In this document: in pieces, positions 19,598 to 27,809 of the stretch
Position numbering within the stretch: position 1 is the stretch's first letter
How the letters are laid out: each line of letters starts with the position of its first letter
Source of the DNA: an uncultured virus (IMG/VR IMGVR_UViG_3300046168_000051)
Taxonomy: Duplodnaviria > Heunggongvirae > Uroviricota > Caudoviricetes
Reading direction: 5' to 3' (one strand)
IMG/VR virus record: IMGVR_UViG_3300046168_000051
DNA length: 64,000 bases
The notes under the pieces: generated by a model
Seen by the model: the letters and a program-made list of their open reading frames with translations, nothing else
The model's database searches: none
Told to the model about the DNA's origin: nothing
Translations under genes and position numbers: made by a program

Positions 19598-20596
19598 ATG
19601 GCTCTCCAAGAATTGGTTATTGTAAACCCAGGAAAGAAGAGCCGTCGAACTACATCAAAAACCAGGAAAGTGAAAAATATGGCTACTCGTCGTCGAACAA
19701 CCCGAAGAAAAACTGCACCAAAGCGTCGCGCTACAACTCGTCGACGCAAAACAACCAAGCGCCGCGCAGCTCCAAAGCGCCGCAAGACGACCAAGCGTCG
19801 CAAGACGACCAAGCGTCGCAAGAGCCCAGCTCGCCGTCGCACAACTCGCCGTCGCGCAGCTCCAAAGCGCCGTCGCACAACTCGCCGCCGCCGCACAACC
19901 AAGCGCCGCTCAGCACCAAAGCGCCGTCGCACAACCCGCCGCCGTCGCTCGACCAAGCGCCGCTCAGCACCAAAGCGCCGCCGCACAACCCGCCGCCGCC
20001 GCACAACCAAGCGCCGCGCAGCTCCAAAGCGCCGCCGCTCGACCTCCCGCCGCCGCCGTGTCTCACGCCGCAAAACTACTCGCAGCCGCAAGATGAGCGC
20101 TAAAGGTATGTACAACTTCATCATGAACAACATGACTGCATTCGAAGCAATCGCTTCTCTTGGTGTCGGTCTCGTTGCTGGTATCAAGCTCCCAGCTCTT
20201 GCTGAGAAAGCTGTTGCCAAGATGATGAACAAGTCTGTTGACTTGACCTCCGGATGGAAAGGACCTCTCGTTGGTGCTGCTCTAACTGGTGCTCTCGGCT
20301 ACGCACTCTATGGAATGAAACTTGTTAACTTCAATGTTGCAAGCACAATCGCTCTTGCTGGTGCTACCGTTGGTATGTTGAACCTTGCTAACTCTTACTT
20401 GAACCTCCCTCTCCCTGGTGTTGCCCTTCAGGCTCCATCCGGTAGCGCTGGTTTCGGATTCTTGAGTGGCTCCAACACACTTGACAATGTCAGTGCTTTC
20501 GGCTACCTAGGCGAAGCTCCTTTCGAACCATTCGGTATGGGCCATGAAGGCGCAGCCGGATATCACGACATGGGCCGCGTCGTCAATGTATTCTGA
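19598..20596 (+). CDS. Protamine-like Arg-rich core protein with C-terminal membrane segments
   Basis: GGTGGTGA SD; about 140 aa of R/K/T repeats (APKRRRTTRRRR); three hydrophobic segments; N-terminal IVNP. Confidence 0.85.
   Translation: MALQELVIVNPGKKSRRTTSKTRKVKNMATRRRTTRRKTAPKRRATTRRRKTTKRRAAPKRRKTTKRRKTTKRRKSPARRRTTRRRAAPKRRRTTRRRRTTKRRSAPKRRRTTRRRRSTKRRSAPKRRRTTRRRRTTKRRAAPKRRRSTSRRRRVSRRKTTRSRKMSAKGMYNFIMNNMTAFEAIASLGVGLVAGIKLPALAEKAVAKMMNKSVDLTSGWKGPLVGAALTGALGYALYGMKLVNFNVASTIALAGATVGMLNLANSYLNLPLPGVALQAPSGSAGFGFLSGSNTLDNVSAFGYLGEAPFEPFGMGHEGAAGYHDMGRVVNVF
19681..20090 (+). repeat. Degenerate coding tandem repeats (Arg/Thr/Lys units)
   Basis: Recurring ccaaagcgccg / cgcacaac units, built mostly from CGC/CGT codons. 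Confidence 0.85.
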
Positions 20597-20605
20597 GGTG
20601 AAACT

Positions 20606-20791
20606 TTGAACGCATACCGAAGTAGCTTTGGCGCAGCACATGACCCATACATGGATGGCTCCGGTGGAGTCCTCGATGGCGACAACAAAGTAATGAACAG
20701 TCTAAACAAAGGAGTCTTCGCGGGCTTCGATGTTGGACACCTTACTCTTGCCGCTGTGGGCCTTGTGGTCTTCATGAAGCTCCGTAAGTGA
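20606..20791 (+). CDS. Small protein with C-terminal membrane anchor
   Basis: GAGGTGA SD + TTG start; LTLAAVGLVVFM-KLRK end. Confidence 0.7.
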   Translation: MNAYRSSFGAAHDPYMDGSGGVLDGDNKVMNSLNKGVFAGFDVGHLTLAAVGLVVFMKLRK

Positions 20792-20792
20792 T

Positions 20793-20860
20793 TAGGGCAT
20801 CAGCCCTGAACATCGCTCTAACCCCTAGGTTGGCTTAATGCTGGCCTAGGGGCTAGAACG
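20793..20860 (+). other. Two hairpins after the core-protein operon (3' UTR structure or terminator)
   Basis: AGGGC-atca-GCCCT; CCCCTAGGTTGGC-ttaat-GCTGGCCTAGGGG, a 13-bp stem with G-U pairs. Confidence 0.55.
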
Positions 20861-20909
20861 GACTTGCCGATTGCTTTATCATCGAATACCTGTTGGGTCA
20901 AGTGATACC

Positions 20910-21641
20910 ATGCCAGACTATACGCCACCTTCAGGCGGAACATCAAGCGCAACCGCGATTGAAGATAATAGTGGAACCCCTGCTCTTGCTAGTGGTATCA
21001 CAGAAGCCGAAATACGGGCCTTGCTTAACCTTGAGTCTTCGGATATTATCTCCGCAGTTGAAGCGGCTTCAGACTCCAATGTGTTTACAGATGCCGACCA
21101 CAGTAAGTTAAACGGTATAGAAGCAAGTGCAACCGCAGACCAAACAAATGCAGAAATCCGAGCGGCTGTCGAAGCGGCTTCAGACTCCAATGTATTCACT
21201 GACGCAGACCACAGTAAGTTAAACGGTATTGCCTCAAGTGCTACTGCTTATGCTGATTCGGATGCAATATCAGCAGTTGAAGGAGAAGCAACTTTAGCAT
21301 TATCCGGTAGTGTAACAGTAGCAACAGGTAAAACTTTTGTTTCAAGAAGACTACCTGTTGTTGCTTTAACCGCTTCGACTACTTTATCCGAAGCCACTCA
21401 CGCAGGTAATTATGTTTTTGTTACAGGAAGTAGCATTGTTATTACAATCCCCGACAATCAAGGTGCAGGTGTTCATTTCACTATTATCAATAATGACGGT
21501 AATGGTTTCACTCTAAGAACTGGCGCAGGTAGTAGTGCGGGTGATAATATGAATGGCGCACAAACCGATATCACTGTTGCGGCTAGAAAGGGAGTAACCT
21601 GTATCTCAACGGGAACTGATTATGTCGTCATAGGTGCATGA
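20910..21641 (+). CDS. Fibre/spike-like structural protein
   Basis: ATG 20910 preceded by CTTTATC; duplicated AVEAASDSNVFTDADHSKLNGI; beta-rich C-terminal head; G/A/S/T-rich. Confidence 0.7.
   Translation: MPDYTPPSGGTSSATAIEDNSGTPALASGITEAEIRALLNLESSDIISAVEAASDSNVFTDADHSKLNGIEASATADQTNAEIRAAVEAASDSNVFTDADHSKLNGIASSATAYADSDAISAVEGEATLALSGSVTVATGKTFVSRRLPVVALTASTTLSEATHAGNYVFVTGSSIVITIPDNQGAGVHFTIINNDGNGFTLRTGAGSSAGDNMNGAQTDITVAARKGVTCISTGTDYVVIGA
21060..21229 (+). repeat. Intragenic direct repeat (59 bp, 111-nt period)
   Basis: gaagcggcttcagactccaatgt...cacagtaagttaaacggtat at 21060-21118 and 21171-21229. Confidence 0.85.
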
Positions 21642-22090
21642 GCATGTATATAGCCTTAGTAGGAACTTTCCAACAAGGTGCTGGTCCTGCGGCGTTGTCT
21701 ATTATTTTAGTTGATGGTGGTGGCAATCAACTTGATGAACTAGAAAACATGGACCTGGCGGGGCCAAATTTCGCACATCCAATCGACAGTGGTGCGGGAC
21801 AAATTGATGTAACTGGTTCCGCTGCGGGTGGGGATGGCTCATACTCATACGCATGGACAGTTTCCGAAACGGGAGATGATGATAATACAGGAACCGGTGT
21901 GATTCGGATTTTATCCGCAGGGACGACAAATGCAGCACAATACAATACATTGACTCTTCGGAGTACCGCTTCCGCTGGGTCACCACCAACAGACGCGAAT
22001 TACACTCTTACCTGCACGGTAACAGATGGAACTGGCGCTACTGCTTCTGTGCAAATCGTTCAAAGAGTTATGGGTCTAAACCTCGGTTGA
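21638..22090 (+). CDS. Ig/PKD-like domain structural protein
   Basis: GGDGSYSYAW...YTLTCTVTDGTG pattern. Confidence 0.65.
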   Translation: MSMYIALVGTFQQGAGPAALSIILVDGGGNQLDELENMDLAGPNFAHPIDSGAGQIDVTGSAAGGDGSYSYAWTVSETGDDDNTGTGVIRILSAGTTNAAQYNTLTLRSTASAGSPPTDANYTLTCTVTDGTGATASVQIVQRVMGLNLG

Positions 22091-22130
22091 TGAGTAACTT
22101 TTGAATACAAGCTACCTCTTATCACAGCTT

Positions 22131-22300
22131 GCCTGAAGAATCGGGGGTAGCAGGACTTCAGGTGGGCTCTCTTCTTTCTCCCCTTCACCCCTGCCCCCAC
22201 CTTTATATCCAATACCGCTAACCCAGGTTTACCTAGGGACTCCTGGGTTATCAGGCCCCTAGGTGGGTAAGGGGTTACCCTGTTTATTCCTGATAGCCCA
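22131..22300. ncRNA. Candidate structured, possibly pseudoknotted RNA or DNA element
   Basis: GC-rich intergenic segment with several complementary blocks: CCTGAAG/CTTCAGG, TAACCCAGG/CCTGGGTTA, ACCTAGGG/CCCTAGGT, TATCAGG/CCTGATA, GGGTAA/TTACCC. Confidence 0.4.
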
Positions 22301-22301
22301 C

Positions 22302-22308
22302 CTTTATA
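22302..22308 (+). promoter_or_regulatory. Archaeal TATA-box-like element
   Basis: CTTTATA whose first T is 31 nt before ATG 22334; the same spacing recurs at other genes. Confidence 0.6.
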
Positions 22309-22333
22309 GTCAGACCGAAGCTGATTGGTTTAC

Positions 22334-22513
22334 ATGGCAACCGTTACGGACCTACTAAACGAAATCAAAGAACAACTGAACGCACTTGACGCAGATGCTG
22401 CAAAAGTCGACAAAGGACAGAAAGCTGCTGGTACTCGCGTTCGAAACGGACTACAAGCAGTGAAGAAGTCTTGCGACTCCCTTCGTAAGCACATCCTTTC
22501 TCTTCGAGAGTGA
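22334..22513 (+). CDS. Hc1-like (histone H1-like) small protein
   Basis: DAAKVDKGQKAAGTRVRNGLQAVK matches the Hc1-family GNKAAGTRAR pattern as I recall it. Confidence 0.75.
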   Translation: MATVTDLLNEIKEQLNALDADAAKVDKGQKAAGTRVRNGLQAVKKSCDSLRKHILSLRE

Positions 22514-22698
22514 AGTCATTGGACACAGACCTCTATCGAGTGGTTCTAGGCGATAGCCTTAGAGATTTGACTTTCAAAGTCAATCACTTGATGGAAGAAG
22601 GATGGCAGCCACAAGGTGGCATTTACAAAGAAGGAAACCGCGACTATTACCAGGCCATGATTAGGCCACTAATAGTAAACCATGCCCTTGTAGTGTAG
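22510..22698 (+). CDS. DUF1737-like small protein
   Basis: Y-VV...VN-LMEEGWQPQGG...YYQAM. Confidence 0.7.
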   Translation: MKSLDTDLYRVVLGDSLRDLTFKVNHLMEEGWQPQGGIYKEGNRDYYQAMIRPLIVNHALVV

Positions 22699-22760
22699 TT
22701 TGGATATCACTTTGGCTTGCGGAGCCAATAACCCAGGTTCAAATCCTGGCAGGGGCGCCA
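22684..22760 (+). tRNA. tRNA-Arg (anticodon GCG) with encoded CCA
   Basis: Acceptor GCCCTTG/CAGGGGC; anticodon arm TTGGC-TTGCGGA-GCCAA; T arm CCAGG-TTCAAAT-CCTGG; discriminator G then CCA; no intron. Confidence 0.93.
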
Positions 22761-22979
22761 CTACAACAGTACTGCTAGTAGGTTTCCTAAGAGACCAATT
22801 CCAATTAGTATCTGAGTTACTTTCCAGCGGTAGTCTATCTTCTCTACTGCTTTATCGCTTATCTCTTTGACTTCTGCACGAATAATGTCTATCTTCTCAT
22901 CGAGCTTATCGCTTAGCTCCACTTCCATCTTAACAGGAACTCCACTGGCTACTATACCAGCAATGTCAGCAATATTCAT
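22761..22979 (-). CDS. Small coiled-coil protein with C-terminal TM helix
   Basis: 72 aa; ILIGIGLLGNLLAVLL end; ATGA overlap with the protease gene. Confidence 0.7.
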   Translation of the reverse strand: MNIADIAGIVASGVPVKMEVELSDKLDEKIDIIRAEVKEISDKAVEKIDYRWKVTQILIGIGLLGNLLAVLL

Positions 22980-23305
22980 TCAGGCTCACCTAAGTAATCT
23001 CTTCCAAGGATAACTGGATAGCCCATGTGTTCCCTGTTAGTAATAGATACCTCTAGCTCAAGCTCTTCGTCGTCATCTATTACAACAAGAATAACAGTAT
23101 CTCTTCTTTGAGTACCATTAGCACTCTTTACTTTGATAGCATCTTCGTTAACCAATTCCTCTAACCGAAGAAGGGAAACAAAGCCTTCATCAATAGAAGA
23201 GCGAGTAGCACCCGTATCAAGACGCGCTTCAACATTGACCAACCAACTTGGTTCATTATGTGGGTTAGTAAGGCCGATTAGTTTAGTACCTGTGGTTTTG
23301 TGCAT
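22976..23305 (-). CDS. Retropepsin-like aspartic protease (RimK-associated putative protease family)
   Basis: ARLDTGATRSSID, VKSANG, R-HMGYPVILGRDYL. Confidence 0.85.
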   Translation of the reverse strand: MHKTTGTKLIGLTNPHNEPSWLVNVEARLDTGATRSSIDEGFVSLLRLEELVNEDAIKVKSANGTQRRDTVILVVIDDDEELELEVSITNREHMGYPVILGRDYLGEPE

Positions 23306-23526
23306 TAGAAGGTCACATCCGGTCGAGAGCTTCCCAATGTGTTCAGCGTAGCAACCACTTCCTCTTCTAATGGAGTTAGTTTCCCCTTAGTATACTGTAT
23401 GAGGAGGGAACGGATGTAAGTAGCCAAAGCTAAACCATTCTCATCTGCAAGCGCCTTTAGCTTGATGAAAACCTCTTCATCCATGCGTATCTGCACTTGG
23501 TGAGTCTTGCTCATGTAGAGAACCAT
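23305..23526 (-). CDS. Ribbon-helix-helix regulator
   Basis: QVQIRMDEE...LKALADENGLALATYIRSLL. Confidence 0.75.
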   Translation of the reverse strand: MVLYMSKTHQVQIRMDEEVFIKLKALADENGLALATYIRSLLIQYTKGKLTPLEEEVVATLNTLGSSRPDVTF

Positions 23527-23729
23527 CCTTTCACGACGGACTTAATGGTTTCTAGTGGTAGGCATTTGCAAAGGAAAGAAAACCAAAGTAAGACAAAGTA
23601 AAGAAATGAAGTGATAGTGCTATTTCTTGCTACTCAATGAAATCCCGTCTTTCATAAGGGGTACCCGCATAGCCCTGGATAACCGCAACCAAACAAACGC
23701 GGGGACCAAAAAATAATGGAGATGAAAAA

Positions 23730-24341
23730 ATGGAACTACGACCATACTATGACCGACCAATCAGCACAATTGATGCATATGTTACCGAAATCCTCGGTGC
23801 AGTTGCTGCGAACTTCCGCCACTGGGGCGACTACAAGTATGTGTGGCCTAAGCAAGGCTACGGTAAGGGTGTTCTGCGCTCAGACCAATTTTCAATCCTG
23901 GGCACATTTGGGCAATGGCTGGTGCCATCTTCCGGTTCCTCCGGCAACCCAAACCAAGTGACTGTTGACTCCTACGGATGGGCTCAGCGTGTTCTCGACT
24001 TCAAAACTCTTGAGGAATTCTATTACCTCATCATGGGAATTCAGTACCCTGTTTCTCCTCTTTTGATTACCGAACACCAATGGCGAATTTCCGGTGTGGA
24101 AACACCCGTCATTGACCAGCAGCTCTTCGAAGTTTTGGAAGAACCATTTGTGTGGTATGAAATGCCCGTAATCGTGGAACCTGAGAAAACCATCGTCTGC
24201 GCTCACCGCGTCGTCGGCGGACTTGCAAACTACGGAAACTCCACCATTGCTGGTGCAGAAAAGTGGCGTGTCATCGGTTCAGTCATTGGACAACACCACG
24301 AGCTCATTCAACAACGCCAATCAATCGGAGAGTTGAGCTGA
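23730..24341 (+). CDS. Candidate single-jelly-roll major capsid protein
   Basis: 203 aa, beta-rich (YYLIMGIQY, PVIVEPEKTI, WRVIGSVI); strong codon bias suggesting high expression; first gene of a structural operon. The fold is inferred only. Confidence 0.5.
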   Translation: MELRPYYDRPISTIDAYVTEILGAVAANFRHWGDYKYVWPKQGYGKGVLRSDQFSILGTFGQWLVPSSGSSGNPNQVTVDSYGWAQRVLDFKTLEEFYYLIMGIQYPVSPLLITEHQWRISGVETPVIDQQLFEVLEEPFVWYEMPVIVEPEKTIVCAHRVVGGLANYGNSTIAGAEKWRVIGSVIGQHHELIQQRQSIGELS

Positions 24342-24385
24342 AACCCCACGGGGACAGACTCAATAAATTATGGAGGTGAAAAGAT

Positions 24386-25090
24386 ATGACAATTATTGCA
24401 GGAATGGACCTAGGATATGGTTCACAAGTCAAAATCGTTCGTACAAACTACCTTGTCGTCAAAGATTCAGCCCAAGCTTCTGTTCAGCAGTGCGCTAACT
24501 TCCTGGACCTTTACAACCATGTTGTTACTGCAAATGCTCGTGGGACAGAGACCCTCTTGACAGCTGATTACATCGTGTGCGGTGCAAACGCACCATCCGG
24601 TGTAGCTGCCGGGAAAGGCGCTAATGTGCTTCCTCTAGTTGCTACTTCGGGTGCAAATGTCGCTTTCGGCGGCAACCATGCTAACCCAGTTGCAAAGAGT
24701 GCAAACACTCAGCTCCAATGCTTAGCAGTACTAAACATGTCAGCTATCGAGTTTACTGATGCTACCTTTACAGCAGGTGCTATTATTGTTCCAGTCTTGG
24801 CTGGGCCAATTACCGACAACCTTGCCGGAGAGTTACTACTTGACAACCTCGGCGCTGTCGCTGACGACACTGCTACTACCGGATTGATGCCAACCACTCT
24901 CAACTTGGATGACATGTTTGACGATATGGTAGCTGCTCTCGGTACTGGTACTGTGAACCTTGTTGGAATCGCTGATGCTGACTTCGTGCGAAGTGGTAAC
25001 GCAGCAGGTACAACACCAACCGCATTGAGTGACTACACCATTGGTGCTAACTCGGTCGGCCTTGTCAGTGTTGTTACACTCGCTAAGTGA
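24386..25090 (+). CDS. Putative structural protein (Ala/Gly/Thr/Val-rich)
   Basis: GGAGGTGA SD; 234 aa; biased codon usage. Confidence 0.7.
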   Translation: MTIIAGMDLGYGSQVKIVRTNYLVVKDSAQASVQQCANFLDLYNHVVTANARGTETLLTADYIVCGANAPSGVAAGKGANVLPLVATSGANVAFGGNHANPVAKSANTQLQCLAVLNMSAIEFTDATFTAGAIIVPVLAGPITDNLAGELLLDNLGAVADDTATTGLMPTTLNLDDMFDDMVAALGTGTVNLVGIADADFVRSGNAAGTTPTALSDYTIGANSVGLVSVVTLAK

Positions 25091-25164
25091 GACCAACAAC
25101 GGTTTGAAGGTAACTTGCTTACCCCCATGAGCGAAAGCTCTAGGGATAATGCGGAGGACTCTCG

Positions 25165-25326
25165 ATGGCAATGACTTGGTCGCAACGGTTGACACTTGGT
25201 GTTACAGTAGCATATGTCGCAACGGCACTCATCCACCTCAAAGGTGGTCGAAAGCCGATGGGATTGATGTTTGCTGGGTACTCAGTAGCTAACTTCGGCG
25301 CTTACTTGTTAGAAGCAAATCAGTGA
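25165..25326 (+). CDS. 53-aa two-TM membrane microprotein (not in the ORF track)
   Basis: GGAGG SD; MAMTWSQRLTLGVTVAYVATALIHLKGGRKPMGLMFAGYSVANFGAYLLEANQ. Confidence 0.7.
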   Translation: MAMTWSQRLTLGVTVAYVATALIHLKGGRKPMGLMFAGYSVANFGAYLLEANQ

Positions 25327-25474
25327 CTAGTGGGTTTAACTCTCTAGTAGCGAAAGCTCTAGCCGATAGGCACTAGAACCGTTTGACTCCAAGCATGCCA
25401 AAGGGATTATATCCTCAGCAGACTTGGGGGTAACTGGGTCCGACCCACACCATACACAAACAAAGGTGAAAATC

Positions 25475-26416
25475 ATGACGAACATAAATCAGACAGCAAG
25501 AGTAGGCAATGTATTCGGTACGCCATTTGGCGCCGGATTCGGGAACAATGGAATTGAACACGCACTGAAGCCAGGCTTCATTGTCAAAGCACGAAACAAC
25601 TTCTATGTTATTGAAGCTCGTGAAGCATTGACAGTGGACTTGTTCTTTAGCGACACCCACACAGTTACAGTGACCAGCGGCGCAGTTACTAACACCGACC
25701 TTATTGTTTACGGACCAAAGTCAATTTCTGCTATCCTCTCCCCAGGAGCCACCATTACGGCAAGCACCTATACTGCAAGTCTTCTTTCGCCTTCTTACGA
25801 CTCAGGCTACATCAAGTTTGACGACTTGGAACCATCTTTCGGACACTTGTACCATTTGTGCCCAACGCTACCAACTCAACCAAAGTACATCGACACCGCT
25901 ACTGGAGAATTCCTAGTGAATGATAACAATGGAACCGGGTCTTACCTGCTACCATCCAGTGGGGGAATTCCTATGGGCTTTGACGCTGACGCAGCTGGAT
26001 TTTCTCCAGTAGGTACAGTTTCTTCAAAATTGTACATCAAGCATCCTGTCGGTTCACCAATCAATGTGCTAGACCAAGCACCTGAAGGAGATTCAGGTTC
26101 CGCAGCTGTTGGTTCTCTTCTCGGTCTCAGTGGTTTCCTTGACGGAAGCATGAGCCCAATTGAGAACCCTAACTGGAACTACTCTCTCTTTATCGAACAC
26201 GGCGAGAACAACCTACCAGCGTTCCGAATGTGCAACGATTCTGAGGAGTACATCGTCGATGGCCGCCTCCGCCTCACAGGTTGGAAGTACTCCATCGCTG
26301 AGCTCAGCATGAGCCAGCTATCGGAGTTGCAGTCGAAAGGCAAGGTAACTTACGCTATCATTAACCCACAAGGTATTCCAACCTCTAGCAGCTTGAGCGG
26401 ACCTTTCCTAAAGTGA
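25475..26416 (+). CDS. Putative second capsid/structural protein (beta-rich)
   Basis: AAGGTGA SD + ATG 25475; beta-rich with LRLTGWKY near the C-terminus. Confidence 0.6.
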   Translation: MTNINQTARVGNVFGTPFGAGFGNNGIEHALKPGFIVKARNNFYVIEAREALTVDLFFSDTHTVTVTSGAVTNTDLIVYGPKSISAILSPGATITASTYTASLLSPSYDSGYIKFDDLEPSFGHLYHLCPTLPTQPKYIDTATGEFLVNDNNGTGSYLLPSSGGIPMGFDADAAGFSPVGTVSSKLYIKHPVGSPINVLDQAPEGDSGSAAVGSLLGLSGFLDGSMSPIENPNWNYSLFIEHGENNLPAFRMCNDSEEYIVDGRLRLTGWKYSIAELSMSQLSELQSKGKVTYAIINPQGIPTSSSLSGPFLK

Positions 26417-26426
26417 GGGGTTCTAA

Positions 26427-27809
26427 ATGAGTGACGAGCAGTACATTTACCTGGGTCAAGCACCCACTCGTGAAGTATCTCGTAAATCATCTATGGTTCG
26501 TGAAGATAAGCGCACTGTGACTATCCGTCAAGCTGGATTGCTTCTTACCTCCCAAGGTGATGCAAGTACACTTAGGTTAGTCGACCAGCGCGGTAAAGGA
26601 ACACTTCTTAGCGTGAAGGTTGTTACAGATAACCCATACATTCAGCTTCTAATGGAAATTGATGATTGGCGTAATGATGGGGAAACCCCAGCCGAGCTAC
26701 TCTATGGTGGAACCGGCAAACAAGACTACGGACTTTACGCTATGGATGGCGGCGACCCAGCAAAGGGCTACACAATGATGTACACCCCTATGGGTGGAGA
26801 AGCTTTCAATTCAAGGCTCCGTATTATTTTGCGTAACCGCTTACCAAAGACCAAGATTTACGGAAACAATGGTAACCAAACTATGCCGGGTGGACTACCG
26901 TTCCCAGTGAACAACGGACATTCCGGCGGCGCTAGTTTCTCAGCACCGCTTCTATCAGGTGCTACCAACGCACAACTGCTTGATGCTATGTCTCAACCAC
27001 ACTATGGAGATTTTTACGCCGCCCCGCGACTTAACCTATCTCTCTTAGGCAATATGAATGCAAAGCCAGGTATCGACCACCCATTTGTAGGACAAGCAGG
27101 TAAACCAATTCTATCAGGCGCTAGTACATCATTTCCTGGCGGTAATGCTGCTGATGAAAATACTTTCATATTCGGCCCACAAACAGTTGATGCAAATGGG
27201 GTAGCCTCGCAAATCATCTATGTTGCAAATAGAGGGTCTGATGCAGCTACTGAAAGCACGACTACTTTTGCGGCTGGAAAGTCGCTTTTCGTTCGCGATG
27301 GTGGAACTCTTCACTTCCCTGGAGAAATCAGCGAAGTTGCACTAAACACTGTTACTGTCGGTGGGGGTGCTTACAACAATGACCCTACTATTACGGTAAC
27401 CTCGACAGCTAAACTAACTGTCGGAATGTCTGTTTCCGGAAGTGGAATCCCAGCTTCTGCTACGGTAGCTTCTATAACAAACGCAACTACTTTCGAACTC
27501 AGTGCATCAACAACAGGCGGTAGCCAGACTGGCCAAACACTTACCTTCACCACACCAATACCAACTTCTGTTGGTGGTGCGTTTACACACGGCAATACAA
27601 GCACCAATCAACACAACGCGGTCTCCTTAACGGTTAGCCCAGGTATTTCTAACCCACCTACTATGGTGAATGTCCCAGCTACATCAATAGGAACCTCAGG
27701 GGCAATGACCAATGCAGGCTTTGTAACATCAGTTGCAGAAACAGACCCTAAGATTCTAATTAAGTCAATTGAAATCAAATACCGACTAGAGGTGAGCTAC
27801 GATGGCTAA
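26427..27809 (+). CDS. Putative penton/spike protein with inserted beta-repeat domain
   Basis: 460 aa, Thr/Ser/Gly-rich; LTVGMSVSGSGIPASATVASIT segment typical of virion surface proteins. Confidence 0.6.
   Translation: MSDEQYIYLGQAPTREVSRKSSMVREDKRTVTIRQAGLLLTSQGDASTLRLVDQRGKGTLLSVKVVTDNPYIQLLMEIDDWRNDGETPAELLYGGTGKQDYGLYAMDGGDPAKGYTMMYTPMGGEAFNSRLRIILRNRLPKTKIYGNNGNQTMPGGLPFPVNNGHSGGASFSAPLLSGATNAQLLDAMSQPHYGDFYAAPRLNLSLLGNMNAKPGIDHPFVGQAGKPILSGASTSFPGGNAADENTFIFGPQTVDANGVASQIIYVANRGSDAATESTTTFAAGKSLFVRDGGTLHFPGEISEVALNTVTVGGGAYNNDPTITVTSTAKLTVGMSVSGSGIPASATVASITNATTFELSASTTGGSQTGQTLTFTTPIPTSVGGAFTHGNTSTNQHNAVSLTVSPGISNPPTMVNVPATSIGTSGAMTNAGFVTSVAETDPKILIKSIEIKYRLEVSYDG

Noticed and set aside
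19681..20090. CRISPR array or non-coding satellite
   Set aside because: Repeats are in-frame, degenerate and lack unique spacers
19558..20232. Minus-strand Arg/Val-rich ORFs (19558..20232, 19731..20066)
   Set aside because: Antisense shadows of the stop-poor CGC repeats; the plus-strand gene has the SD, TATA and membrane domain
22131..22170. Hammerhead ribozyme (CTGAAGA present)
   Set aside because: No correctly placed GAAA core or three-stem arrangement found
23716..23961. Alternative-frame ORF overlapping the capsid candidate
   Set aside because: Out-of-frame shadow with atypical composition; 23730 has the GGAGATGA SD and codon bias
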